Below are positions 1-8,149 of a stretch of DNA of 64,000 nucleotides, one piece after another; position 1 is the stretch's first letter; the number at the start of each line of letters is the position of its first letter. Origin of the DNA: a virus. Below the pieces are notes generated by a model. That model saw only the letters and a program-made list of their open reading frames with translations. It did not search any database and was not told the origin of the DNA. The DNA lies in IMG/VR virus record IMGVR_UViG_3300032093_000090, positions 5,940 through 69,939 of that record; one strand, written 5' to 3'. The position numbers were made by a program, and so were the translations under genes.

Positions 1-341
1 GTGATTCGGCGCATCGACATCATCATACTAACAGTATTTTTAGTGGAACAGTTTATATTCAGACTGATAATGATTCTGGCATTTTTTCAGTTTATAAAAC
101 ATATACAAATGTGATACCAAAAATTATTTCGCCTGAATATAACGAATGGAATATATTTAACTGCGAAAGCTCTTCCTTCATTCCACAAAACAATGATATA
201 TTTTTATTCCCATCTAATTTAGATCACGAAGTTTCACAATGTAATAGTAGTGATGATAGATATTGTTTGGCGTTCAATGTTTTCTTAAAAGGCACTTTGG
301 GGCAATCTGATAAAAATAAAATAAGTGATTTAGTTATCTAG
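1..341 (+). CDS. Putative 2OG-Fe(II) oxygenase (TIGR02466-like), 5'-truncated by the window edge
   Basis: The frame is open from position 3 (DSAHRHHHTNSIFSGTVYIQ...) and continues to LFPSNLDHEV...DRYCLAFN, giving HxH...H...R motifs. Confidence 0.75.
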   Translation, partial: DSAHRHHHTNSIFSGTVYIQTDNDSGIFSVYKTYTNVIPKIISPEYNEWNIFNCESSSFIPQNNDIFLFPSNLDHEVSQCNSSDDRYCLAFNVFLKGTLGQSDKNKISDLVI

Positions 342-905
342 AGGCGGCATTAAACTAGCTAATCCATATTCATAGTCTTTAAGAATAGACAATACAACCT
401 CACATACATCTATTTTTCTTTTAAACTCTAAATTTTCTTGTAAACGAGTATCTAATTGTTTTTCTAAAAATTTTAAAATTAAATTTTCATCATCAGTTTT
501 AATTTTTAATCGATTTATTACTTTATTAATTTTTAATATATGAGTCTCGCAAATAGCAATATTTACAGTTAACTCTTCTTTTGTTTTGAATATATCTTCG
601 GTCATTATACCAATTAAATTATCTATTTCAGGATTGCAATTTGGTACAATTCTGAATAACAGTTGACCAATAATTTCTAAAGATTCATTCCGTATATCTC
701 GAGTTGGATGAGTTTTACCAGTTTTATCATATTCTTTTCTACGAATAGTATCACTTAGTATTTCATATGCAAGTTTTATACGTTTAAAAATTTCCTCATC
801 TCCGCCTTTATCTGGATGATGAAGTTGTGCAAGTATCCTATACCTTTGCCGTATTTCTTCGGTAGTAGCATTTCTTGAAACGTCTAATTCTTCATAGGGG
901 TTCAT
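330..905 (-). CDS. DnaJ (J-domain) protein
   Basis: N-terminal NPYEELDV...YRILAQLHHPDKGGD...AYEILSD..RRKEYD with the HPD motif; no zinc finger. Confidence 0.9.
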   Translation of the reverse strand: MNPYEELDVSRNATTEEIRQRYRILAQLHHPDKGGDEEIFKRIKLAYEILSDTIRRKEYDKTGKTHPTRDIRNESLEIIGQLLFRIVPNCNPEIDNLIGIMTEDIFKTKEELTVNIAICETHILKINKVINRLKIKTDDENLILKFLEKQLDTRLQENLEFKRKIDVCEVVLSILKDYEYGLASLMPPLDN

Positions 906-939
906 TTTAGATAAATTTTATTTATTCTACCAAAAGTAA

Positions 940-968
940 TTGACAGATAAGTTGTAATATAATATAAT
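940..968 (+). promoter_or_regulatory. Sigma70-type (early) promoter
   Basis: TTGACA (940-945), 17-nt spacer, TATAAT (963-968): perfect consensus. Confidence 0.85.
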
Positions 969-989
969 AGTATATATTAAAGGAATCTT

Positions 990-1622
990 ATGCGTAGTTT
1001 TATTTCAAATAATCCAGAAGTAACCAATTGTGTACTTTATCCATATGTATTTTGGGATGGCTTTTTCACGGATGAAGAACTTGATAAATTAGAAGAATAT
1101 TTTTCATCAGAAGAAACTGGAAAACTAACCCCCGGAGCAGTTTTTGGTAAAAAGGGAGAAGACTCCTTCGATGATCTTAGAAAATCAGATGTTAAATTTG
1201 TCCACATAAACGAAACAAATCAATGGCTATTTGAAAAAATAAATACCATTTCGGTACATATCAATAATTATTTCTATAATTTTGATTTAACTGGATATTC
1301 CCATCTGCAATACACTGAATATAACAAAAAGAATGATCATTACAACTTCCATACAGATATAATGTATGGTGAAGATGTCCTTAATAAAGATAAACCATTT
1401 ATACTACCAAGAAAATTAAGTTTTACATTGGTGTTGTCTGATACAAACGCGTTTAAAGGGGGTGACCTTGAATTTGATACAGGTGGCCCATATATTGCGG
1501 CAGAACAAAAACGAGGCAGAATTATAGCATTCCCGTCATTTGTAAAACACAGAGTAACACCCATTAAAAAAGGTATTCGCAAATCTGTAGTATGGTGGGT
1601 ACTAGGCCCCAAATTTAAGTAA
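990..1622 (+). CDS. 2OG-Fe(II) oxygenase (prolyl-4-hydroxylase/PKHD-like)
   Basis: HTD...RKLSFTL..SD...FKGGDL...FPSFVKHRVTPI..GIRKSVVWW. Confidence 0.9.
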   Translation: MRSFISNNPEVTNCVLYPYVFWDGFFTDEELDKLEEYFSSEETGKLTPGAVFGKKGEDSFDDLRKSDVKFVHINETNQWLFEKINTISVHINNYFYNFDLTGYSHLQYTEYNKKNDHYNFHTDIMYGEDVLNKDKPFILPRKLSFTLVLSDTNAFKGGDLEFDTGGPYIAAEQKRGRIIAFPSFVKHRVTPIKKGIRKSVVWWVLGPKFK

Positions 1623-1661
1623 AAATATTTTTATACATAAGAAAAATTTTGATAGTTTAGG

Positions 1662-1669
1662 TATAAATA
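1662..1669 (+). promoter_or_regulatory. T4-type late promoter
   Basis: Intergenic TATAAATA upstream of the ORF at 1705. Confidence 0.6.
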
Positions 1670-1704
1670 ATAACATAAAGCCTACTGTCAATTTGTACCT
1701 AATC

Positions 1705-2136
1705 ATGATATACAAACCATCTAATTTGTCTGATCCAATATTAAACTTAATTAAGGACGACCCCGTTCGCCCTGAAATTCCTGTAGACTTTAGAATCAGC
1801 GAAAATAGAGAAGTTTTAATTTTAATGAAAGATGAAAAGCCGCAAGCAGTAGTTTGTGTTGCTTACATGGATGACATTCCAACATCTTGTTCTGAATTAT
1901 TTAGAACTTCTGCATCCCCATCTACTGTTATATTCTACACCATTTGGAGTTATACTCCAGGTGCTGGACGTGAACTTATATTTAAAGCAAGAAACGATAT
2001 TGTTTTAAACAAACCCCATATAAAGCGTTTTGTTACTTTAAGTCCACCAACCGAAATGGCAAGACGTTTTCATATTAAAAACGGTGCAACCGAATTTAGA
2101 AAGAATTTGGATACCGTAAATTACGAATATGCTTGA
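1705..2136 (+). CDS. Hypothetical phage protein, possible GNAT-like fold
   Basis: ATG at 1705 preferred over TTG at 1693. FYTIWSYTPGAGRELI and ARRFHIKNGA resemble GNAT acetyl-CoA motifs. Confidence 0.55.
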   Translation: MIYKPSNLSDPILNLIKDDPVRPEIPVDFRISENREVLILMKDEKPQAVVCVAYMDDIPTSCSELFRTSASPSTVIFYTIWSYTPGAGRELIFKARNDIVLNKPHIKRFVTLSPPTEMARRFHIKNGATEFRKNLDTVNYEYA

Positions 2137-2161
2137 CTTCTGATCAATAGTATGTTATAAT
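2133..2161 (+). promoter_or_regulatory. Sigma70-type promoter with extended -10
   Basis: TTGACT, 17-nt spacer, TATAAT, with TG at 2153-2154. Confidence 0.75.
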
Positions 2162-2180
2162 ATATTTTTAAGGTGACAAT

Positions 2181-2477
2181 ATGAACGAACTTAACAAAGA
2201 TCAAGCGGCAATTCTTCAAATTTTGCAAGAAGAATGCGCAGAAGTAATTCAAGCAACATCGAAAGTATTTCGATTCGGATTGTTTGATACACATCCAGAT
2301 ACCCCAAGTAAAACAAATACACTCCATCTTGAAGAAGAATTGGGTGATGTACTAGCAATGATTGACTTACTGGCCACACATAAAGTTATTTCTTATAGTA
2401 ATGTGGTTCAGTTTAAACAAAGAAAATTCAATAAGTTACGTACTTGGTCAGAGATCGATGTGGATTACATAGGATAA
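2181..2477 (+). CDS. MazG-like nucleotide pyrophosphohydrolase
   Basis: LQEECAEVIQ...LEEELGDVL: ExxE...ExxD all-alpha NTP-PPase motif. Confidence 0.8.
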   Translation: MNELNKDQAAILQILQEECAEVIQATSKVFRFGLFDTHPDTPSKTNTLHLEEELGDVLAMIDLLATHKVISYSNVVQFKQRKFNKLRTWSEIDVDYIG

Positions 2478-2484
2478 AACAAAC

Positions 2485-2569
2485 GCCTGAGTGGTGAAAT
2501 AGGTAGACACAAGAGACTTAAAATCTCTCGCCGCAAGGTGTACCGGTTCGATTCCGGTCTCAGGTACCA
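2485..2569 (+). tRNA. tRNA-Leu, anticodon UAA
   Basis: Acceptor GCCTGAG/CTCAGGT, anticodon arm AGAGA-CTTAAAA-TCTCT, long variable arm, GGTTCGATTCC T-arm, encoded CCA. Confidence 0.95.
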
Positions 2570-2588
2570 TTTTTATATTAGGAAAATT

Positions 2589-3038
2589 ATGTCTATTACA
2601 TTAAAAAATCTTGAGAGCGCATTGGCTGGCGAATCCATGGCTCATATCAAGTATCGATATTTCGCTAAGATTGCTCGTGAAGAAGGGTTTGAAGATGTTG
2701 CCAAACACTTTGAACATACTGCAGATCAAGAAATTAAACACGCATGGGGTCATTTAGAATTGCTAATCGGTAAACCATCTACCAAAGAATGTTTACAGAA
2801 AGCAATTGACGGTGAAACTTATGAGTATACTGAAATGTATCCTGAATTCAAACGAGCTGCTGAGCATGAGGGCAATACAAAAGCAATGCTTGAGGCCAGC
2901 AATCAAATTCAAGAATCAAAAGAACACGCAGAACAATTTTTAGAAGTTCTTAAGAAAGCAGAAAAGCGTTTTGCTGCTCTTAAGAAAGTTGAAGAGCGTC
3001 ATGCTAATGCGTATAAACAAGTATTGGAGAACCTATAA
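2589..3038 (+). CDS. rbr: Rubrerythrin (di-iron ferritin-like)
   Basis: LESALAGESMAHIKYRYFAKIAREEG...QEIKHA...GETYEYTEMYPEF...ESKEHA. The start is the ATG at 2589 because the ORF-track start lies inside the tRNA. Confidence 0.9.
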   Translation: MSITLKNLESALAGESMAHIKYRYFAKIAREEGFEDVAKHFEHTADQEIKHAWGHLELLIGKPSTKECLQKAIDGETYEYTEMYPEFKRAAEHEGNTKAMLEASNQIQESKEHAEQFLEVLKKAEKRFAALKKVEERHANAYKQVLENL

Positions 3039-3166
3039 TGGAACACGTATGCGTAGTTTGTGGTCATATCCACGATGATCAAACAGAAGGTAAATGGGAA
3101 GAACTTCCTGCAGATTTTTTATGCCCAGAATGCGGTGTGGGCAAAGACGAATACGAAGTAATTTAA
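3038..3166 (+). CDS. Rubredoxin, 42 aa (not in ORF track)
   Basis: Hand translation MEHVCVVCGHIHDDQTEGKWEELPADFLCPECGVGKDEYEVI has two CxxCG motifs; coupled to rubrerythrin by TAATG. Confidence 0.9.
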   Translation: MEHVCVVCGHIHDDQTEGKWEELPADFLCPECGVGKDEYEVI

Positions 3167-3172
3167 AAAGTT

Positions 3173-3249
<77 letters not shown>

Positions 3250-3264
3250 TTAATAAAGGTTAAT

Positions 3265-3477
3265 ATGACATCTAGATACACATCTCAAGCAGCAGTCGAA
3301 ATGATTGGCAATCGTTATGATTTGGTTCTCATTGCATCTATACGAGCAAGGGAATTGAAACGTGGATACAAGCCATTGATTGAAACAAATAATAAACCAA
3401 TTGTTACCGCTTTGAATGAAATTGAACAGGGCAAAATTGGTATTGAATACCTTAAAAAGGTCAAAAAACCTCGTTAA
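3265..3477 (+). CDS. rpoZ: RNA polymerase omega subunit homologue
   Basis: IGNRYDLVLIASIRAREL...KPIVTALNEIEQGKI matches the RpoZ signature. Confidence 0.9.
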   Translation: MTSRYTSQAAVEMIGNRYDLVLIASIRARELKRGYKPLIETNNKPIVTALNEIEQGKIGIEYLKKVKKPR

Positions 3478-3482
3478 TAAGG

Positions 3483-3511
3483 TTGACAGATTGTAATAAA
3501 TCTGTTATAAT
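3483..3511 (+). promoter_or_regulatory. Sigma70-type promoter with an overlapping inverted repeat
   Basis: TTGACA, 17-nt spacer, TATAAT with extended TG; ACAGATT (3486-3492) and AATCTGT (3499-3505) form an inverted repeat. Confidence 0.85.
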
Positions 3512-3516
3512 AATGT

Positions 3517-3566
3517 ATATTCGGTAATGAATCAACCGCCATTATCGAGTATTTTCTAAAGCGGTT
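3517..3566 (+). promoter_or_regulatory. Predicted H-type pseudoknot in the 5' leader
   Basis: Stem 1 pairs 3521-3529 with 3540-3548 (extendable to 3517/3552). Loop AACCGC (3534-3539) pairs with GCGGTT (3561-3566). Confidence 0.6.
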
Positions 3567-3588
3567 ATTTTGTATAATGGAGATTAAT

Positions 3589-3831
3589 ATGCTTAAAGAG
3601 CGTGTTTTGAATATTCTTAAATCTGGTCGTCAATTCACACCTGCACAAATCGCAGGCTTGACCAACAGCAAAGAGGACAGCATCCGTCCTCGTATCAGCG
3701 AACTCCGTGCAGACGGTTACGCTGTTTACACTAACAGCACAAAGAATGGTAAAATTGCTTACCGTCTTGGCACTCCTTCACGCGCAATGGTAGCTTCTGC
3801 TTATGCATTGCACGGTAGCGACGCATTCTAA
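3589..3831 (+). CDS. Winged helix-turn-helix DNA-binding protein
   Basis: VLNILKSGRQFTPAQIA...SIRPRISELRADGY..Y; GGAG Shine-Dalgarno before the ATG at 3589. Confidence 0.75.
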   Translation: MLKERVLNILKSGRQFTPAQIAGLTNSKEDSIRPRISELRADGYAVYTNSTKNGKIAYRLGTPSRAMVASAYALHGSDAF

Positions 3832-3878
3832 TTTAAATTAGAACGAGCACTCCGACCAGTCTATTTTAGATAAAGTGT

Positions 3879-3904
3879 TTCCGCAAGGCGTACGCGGAAT
3901 TTTA
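3879..3904 (+). terminator. Possible rho-independent terminator
   Basis: TTCCGC/GCGGAA stem followed by a T run. Confidence 0.5.
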
Positions 3905-3917
3905 TTAGGTTTATATT

Positions 3918-4166
3918 ATGGCATTATATCTTGTTGAAACTATCACTACATTCAGACACTACTATACCATTGAATGCGAATCAGCAGAACACGCTGAGGA
4001 CACAGTTGTAATGGAAGAAGCTGCTGAATTAGATCAAAAATGTCTAGGAGAAACTATTGTATCTACTAGACAAATTACTCAAGCTGATTATAACGGTCTC
4101 TTAAAAGAAAGCGTTAATAGTCACATGGGCGATAAAATGATCCATAAGGTTAATTATGACGTATAA
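3918..4166 (+). CDS. Hypothetical phage protein
   Basis: 82-aa ORF overlapping the start of the next gene. Confidence 0.65.
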   Translation: MALYLVETITTFRHYYTIECESAEHAEDTVVMEEAAELDQKCLGETIVSTRQITQADYNGLLKESVNSHMGDKMIHKVNYDV

Positions 4167-4719
4167 TTTTGAAGATCCGAAAGTTCGTAAAGAAGCTAAA
4201 CGCCTGCATCAGATTAGGCGACTAGATGCAAGACCGTTGACACCCGAAGAGGATGCCATGGCAACGGCTTTTGGTAAATGGGATTACCAAAAGAAAAAGA
4301 AAGATCTTACACCTGAGCAAAAAGAAGCGATTCGCGTGAAAACTCGCGCGGCGAATAGAGCTAAAAAGGCTGCCCCTGACAAATTTGGTATTACTGAATT
4401 TGTTGCTCTAAAGAATCGTGTTGCTGCTCATGAAAAGAAAGGTCGTAAGATGGCGTTTAATCTTACTCCGCAATATATTCAGAGTAAGTTCAATGCCTGT
4501 GAAGGTAAATGTGCTATTACGAAAATTCCATTCCAGATGGAATTGGGGACTAAGGGAAATCGCAATCCTTTTCGTCCCAGTGTGGATCGTATTAACTCTA
4601 AAAAGGGTTATGTTAAAGGCAATATCCAGATCATCCTGGCAATTGTTAACACCATGAAAATGGACTACACCGATGAAATACTACATCCGGTAATTAAAGC
4701 ATGGTATAGTAATATCTAA
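4156..4719 (+). CDS. HNH-like endonuclease (possible homing endonuclease)
   Basis: [10 protein letters not shown]...[18 protein letters not shown]...VNTMK beta-beta-alpha pattern; basic N-terminus. Confidence 0.7.
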   Translation: MTYNFEDPKVRKEAKRLHQIRRLDARPLTPEEDAMATAFGKWDYQKKKKDLTPEQKEAIRVKTRAANRAKKAAPDKFGITEFVALKNRVAAHEKKGRKMAFNLTPQYIQSKFNACEGKCAITKIPFQMELGTKGNRNPFRPSVDRINSKKGYVKGNIQIILAIVNTMKMDYTDEILHPVIKAWYSNI

Positions 4720-4730
4720 ATTTAGTTTAT

Positions 4731-4738
4731 TATAAATA
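4731..4738 (+). promoter_or_regulatory. T4-type late promoter
   Basis: Intergenic TATAAATA, 28 nt before the ATG at 4766. Confidence 0.8.
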
Positions 4739-4765
4739 ATTAATCAAATATAGTTGGAGTAATAA

Positions 4766-5197
4766 ATGAGAACTTTGCACGAGTCAATCGCAGGTATGTT
4801 GTTAAATAAAATTATTAATGAGAATCATAATGAAGTTATTAAGCATTTAAATTCTGCGGCAGGTCCAGATATTGGCGGTGAAACTCCTGCATTTACACAT
4901 GGATCTGGGGAAAATAAAGAATCGCCTAGCGGTTCTCCTGCTCATTCATCTCCAGTAAAAGATCATTATTATCACCAAGGTCAATTTGCCTCAGGTGGCG
5001 CAGAAGATCAACATGAACATCATATTACAGTAAGTCACCATGCTGATAATACAGCAACTGTTCAACATTCTTCATATCGTCAAAAATGGTCTGATAGACA
5101 ACAAGACTATAATGTTTCCGATAAACACCGGGAAAAGCATTTTAAAGATTTACCGTCTGCAATAGCGCACGTTAAAACTCTAAAAACGCCAGAATAA
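4766..5197 (+). CDS. His-rich late protein, putative internal head protein (paralogue 1)
   Basis: About 16 His in 143 aa; leader MRTLHESIAGMLLNKIINE; homologous to 5306-5704. Confidence 0.7.
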   Translation: MRTLHESIAGMLLNKIINENHNEVIKHLNSAAGPDIGGETPAFTHGSGENKESPSGSPAHSSPVKDHYYHQGQFASGGAEDQHEHHITVSHHADNTATVQHSSYRQKWSDRQQDYNVSDKHREKHFKDLPSAIAHVKTLKTPE

Positions 5198-5213
5198 CAT
5201 CTAATAAAACAAC

Positions 5214-5285
5214 AAACCGGCGGAGCAATTCGCCGGTTTTCCACGTGTTTCGTAAATTCTGTTATTATAAATAATATTAGTATAA
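5214..5285 (+). repeat. Terminator plus late promoter cassette, copy 1
   Basis: Hairpin AAACCGGCG...CGCCGGTTTT, then TATAAATA (5266-5273). 5230-5285 is identical to 5729-5784. Confidence 0.9.
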
Positions 5286-5305
5286 CTATATTCTAGGAAA
5301 TAAAA

Positions 5306-5704
5306 ATGCAAAAATTACACGAATCAATTGCAAGTATGTTGTTAGGAAAAAATCTTAACGAAAATCATGATGAAATTGTTAAAAAATTAAATACTGTTAG
5401 CGGAAAGAACCTACACGGAGAACAACCCCATTTTTTCCATGCCGTGGGCAACGATAAAGAACAACTGGATGCCCAAAAGTTAAAACATAAGTCTCCAGTA
5501 AAAGATCACTACTCCCATGAACACGAAAATATGAATTATTCGGCGACTGTTAGTCATCATAAAGATAATACAGCGACTGTTAGGACTGTTCATTATAAAA
5601 ATGCCACCCTCGATGATGAGGGCGATGAGCATGTTCACGAAAAACACCTTAAAGATTTACCTTCCGCAATAGAGCACGTTAAAAAACTACATACTTCTAA
5701 GTAA
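5306..5704 (+). CDS. His-rich late protein, putative internal head protein (paralogue 2)
   Basis: About 17 His in 132 aa; shares LHESIA.MLL, SPVKDHY, TVSHH.DNTATV and EKH.KDLPSAI.HVK with paralogue 1. Confidence 0.7.
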   Translation: MQKLHESIASMLLGKNLNENHDEIVKKLNTVSGKNLHGEQPHFFHAVGNDKEQLDAQKLKHKSPVKDHYSHEHENMNYSATVSHHKDNTATVRTVHYKNATLDDEGDEHVHEKHLKDLPSAIEHVKKLHTSK

Positions 5705-5715
5705 TATAATAAGAT

Positions 5716-5784
5716 AAACCGGCGAATATCGCCGGTTTTCCACGTGTTTCGTAAATTCTGTTATTATAAATAATATTAGTATAA
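5716..5784 (+). repeat. Terminator plus late promoter cassette, copy 2
   Basis: AAACCGGCG-AATAT-CGCCGGTTTT, then TATAAATA (5765-5772). Confidence 0.9.
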
Positions 5785-5804
5785 TTCATTTAAATGGACG
5801 AAAA

Positions 5805-6953
5805 ATGAAACAATTTAAGAACCTTAGAGAATCTCTTAACGATATCGTATTAGACCTATACGAAACTTCTGAAGATTTTGACATCGAAGAGCTCAACGAA
5901 GCAGTCAAAAAAGATAATCCCAAAGTCGAAGGCCAGGTTACAAATAATACCAGAGGTGTTTTACACGAACTCCTTACCGGCAAGGCATTAAATAACGACA
6001 AACATATGCCAGATTTTCATTTGGTTGACGAAAAAACTAAAAGAAAAGAAACACCTGAACAAGCACACGATAGATTAAAGGCGCAAATCCATCCAAAAGA
6101 TTATGCAAAGATCAAAGCAGGAGCTGATAGCGCGGCAGCAGATATTCGCGCTAGTATCGCAAAAACACATCCTGGCCATATAATTACTAGTGTATCACAT
6201 ACATCCAAGAAAGGTGATACCCAAAAAGTAACAGGGGTTAAGGCAACACAAAAAGAAGATTCGTCAGACATTTATATAACTACCAAACATCCAAAAACGG
6301 GTAAAGTAGTATATCACGGTAGAAGCTTAAAAGTTAGTGAAAATTCAAGTAAAAATGTGCCTTCTTCTAGTCTAGGTAAACAATCTAGTGGTTCAATGGC
6401 CGACACGTTATTTAAAGCGCATCAAAAGAAAATCAAAGCGATGCACCCAGAATTAACAGATATTAAAAAAGAAGATCACCATGCGGATTTGCCTGCAGCT
6501 AGAAAAGAATGGGCCGAGAAAAATCCGGAAAAACACAAACAGATTAAAACAGAAAATTTAAAATTATTAAGAGCAGTAGCTTATCATCATTCAGTTGAAC
6601 TACAACACAAATTAGATTCAGGTGACCATGAGCACGTAGTTAATCATATTCGAGATGTATTACACGCACACACTACTCCTGCAGAACAAGCGGGAGTAGG
6701 AACTTTTCGTAAACATACTACGTATAAAACTGCAAAAGGTACTCAGCATCATGAATCGCACCCGGGTCATGATTATGAGCATATTCTAAACGACCATAAA
6801 AATATTACAGTTAGAGCTAGCGGCACGGGTGTCCATTTCTATCACACTGATCCAAAAACAGGTGTTGAGAAGAAATTTGCTTCACAGACTCACAAATTTG
6901 ATTCACAAAGCGATCCATTGAGCACATTAAAAAGCGCCGGAAAGGCAGCATAA
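5805..6953 (+). CDS. His/Lys-rich late protein with putative PD-(D/E)xK nuclease-like fold
   Basis: GVLHE...SSDIYI...HGRSLK pattern; acidic leader MKQFKNLRES...ELNE. Confidence 0.55.
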   Translation: MKQFKNLRESLNDIVLDLYETSEDFDIEELNEAVKKDNPKVEGQVTNNTRGVLHELLTGKALNNDKHMPDFHLVDEKTKRKETPEQAHDRLKAQIHPKDYAKIKAGADSAAADIRASIAKTHPGHIITSVSHTSKKGDTQKVTGVKATQKEDSSDIYITTKHPKTGKVVYHGRSLKVSENSSKNVPSSSLGKQSSGSMADTLFKAHQKKIKAMHPELTDIKKEDHHADLPAARKEWAEKNPEKHKQIKTENLKLLRAVAYHHSVELQHKLDSGDHEHVVNHIRDVLHAHTTPAEQAGVGTFRKHTTYKTAKGTQHHESHPGHDYEHILNDHKNITVRASGTGVHFYHTDPKTGVEKKFASQTHKFDSQSDPLSTLKSAGKAA

Positions 6954-8149
6954 TGTTTTCATTCTCCGCTTATCTAAATGAATCTGCAAATGAAGACAAG
7001 TTAACCCATTTAGAGCACGCTGAAGATCATCCGATCAATGCTGGCGAAGAAGGATTTAAACACGCATTTAATACCCTTCAAGAAACACATCGTGCTCTAC
7101 AAGGCAAAAAATCATCTGTATCTATATCGACAAAGTATGATGGGTCGCCTTCAGTTATATTTGGACACCATCCGGAATCAGGCCGATTCTTCGTTGCGTC
7201 TAAATCTGTATTCAATAAGAATCCAAAATTAAACTATACTGAATCTGACATACAACAGAATCATGGTCACGCGCCCGGCCTGGTTGCAAAGTTAACTGCT
7301 GCTCTACATCATTTACAAAAAGTAACTCCAAATCGTGGAGTATACCAGGGTGACATTATGCACTCAGGTGTCAAGAGCAAATCAAATCCTACCGGAGATG
7401 TAGAATCTTCTGCAGGTTCAGTTCATTTTAAGCCAAACACAATTACATATTCTGCTAAGAATGGTACACCTGAAGCTGCAAAAGCAAAAGCAGCAAAGAT
7501 TGGTGTAGCTGTCCATACTGCATATCAAGGTAACAAGCTAGAAGATATGAAGGCACAATATAATGCAGATATATCAAATTTCAACAAACATTCCGATGTT
7601 CATATGATTGATACATCTTTTAGGCCATCTTCAGCACATTATGCACCTGATGCACAAAAGGCGTTTGAAGGTCATATGAAAAAAGCAGTTGAAGCTCATA
7701 CTAAATTAAAAGATTATTCGCATATTGAAGGTGAAAATGAGAACCACAAAGAACATTTAAAGACTTATATTAATCAAACTGTTAGAAATAAATCTACTCC
7801 CTCGGTTGCAGGATATATAGCTCATGTATCAAATAAGTTACAAAAAGAAGTAGACAAAGTTAAAACAGACAAAGCAAAAGCTGCGAAAAGTGCAACATTA
7901 ATTAAAGCAGTCGGACACATTGAATCGCATAAAGAAGAATTTAAAACTACTTTTGATATTCATAAGCACCTACAAAACGCAAAGAATGTTTTGGCACACA
8001 CATTAGGTGGAGCAGAATACGCATTCCATCATAGTATCAAAGGCAAACCAGTTAAACCCGAAGGCCACGTTGCAGTTATAAACAATAGACCATCTAAGAT
8101 TGTGGATAGAGCAGAGTTTAGTGCAGCAAATTTCGAAAGATCAGCATGA
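6953..8149 (+). CDS. Conserved T4-like phage protein (DUF6267-like) with ligase-superfamily motifs
   Basis: HLEHAED; TKYDG (motif I), YQGDIM (III), PEGHV (IV), PSKIVDR (V). Confidence 0.65.
   Translation: MFSFSAYLNESANEDKLTHLEHAEDHPINAGEEGFKHAFNTLQETHRALQGKKSSVSISTKYDGSPSVIFGHHPESGRFFVASKSVFNKNPKLNYTESDIQQNHGHAPGLVAKLTAALHHLQKVTPNRGVYQGDIMHSGVKSKSNPTGDVESSAGSVHFKPNTITYSAKNGTPEAAKAKAAKIGVAVHTAYQGNKLEDMKAQYNADISNFNKHSDVHMIDTSFRPSSAHYAPDAQKAFEGHMKKAVEAHTKLKDYSHIEGENENHKEHLKTYINQTVRNKSTPSVAGYIAHVSNKLQKEVDKVKTDKAKAAKSATLIKAVGHIESHKEEFKTTFDIHKHLQNAKNVLAHTLGGAEYAFHHSIKGKPVKPEGHVAVINNRPSKIVDRAEFSAANFERSA

Noticed and set aside
2538-2588. ORF-track N-terminal extension of rubrerythrin
   Set aside because: It overlaps tRNA-Leu; the ATG at 2589 has an AGGA Shine-Dalgarno and gives a normal rubrerythrin start.
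3845-3900. HDV-like (theta) ribozyme
   Set aside because: The P1.1/P2/P3 nested pseudoknot could not be built, and the segment is not adjacent to a tRNA 3' end.
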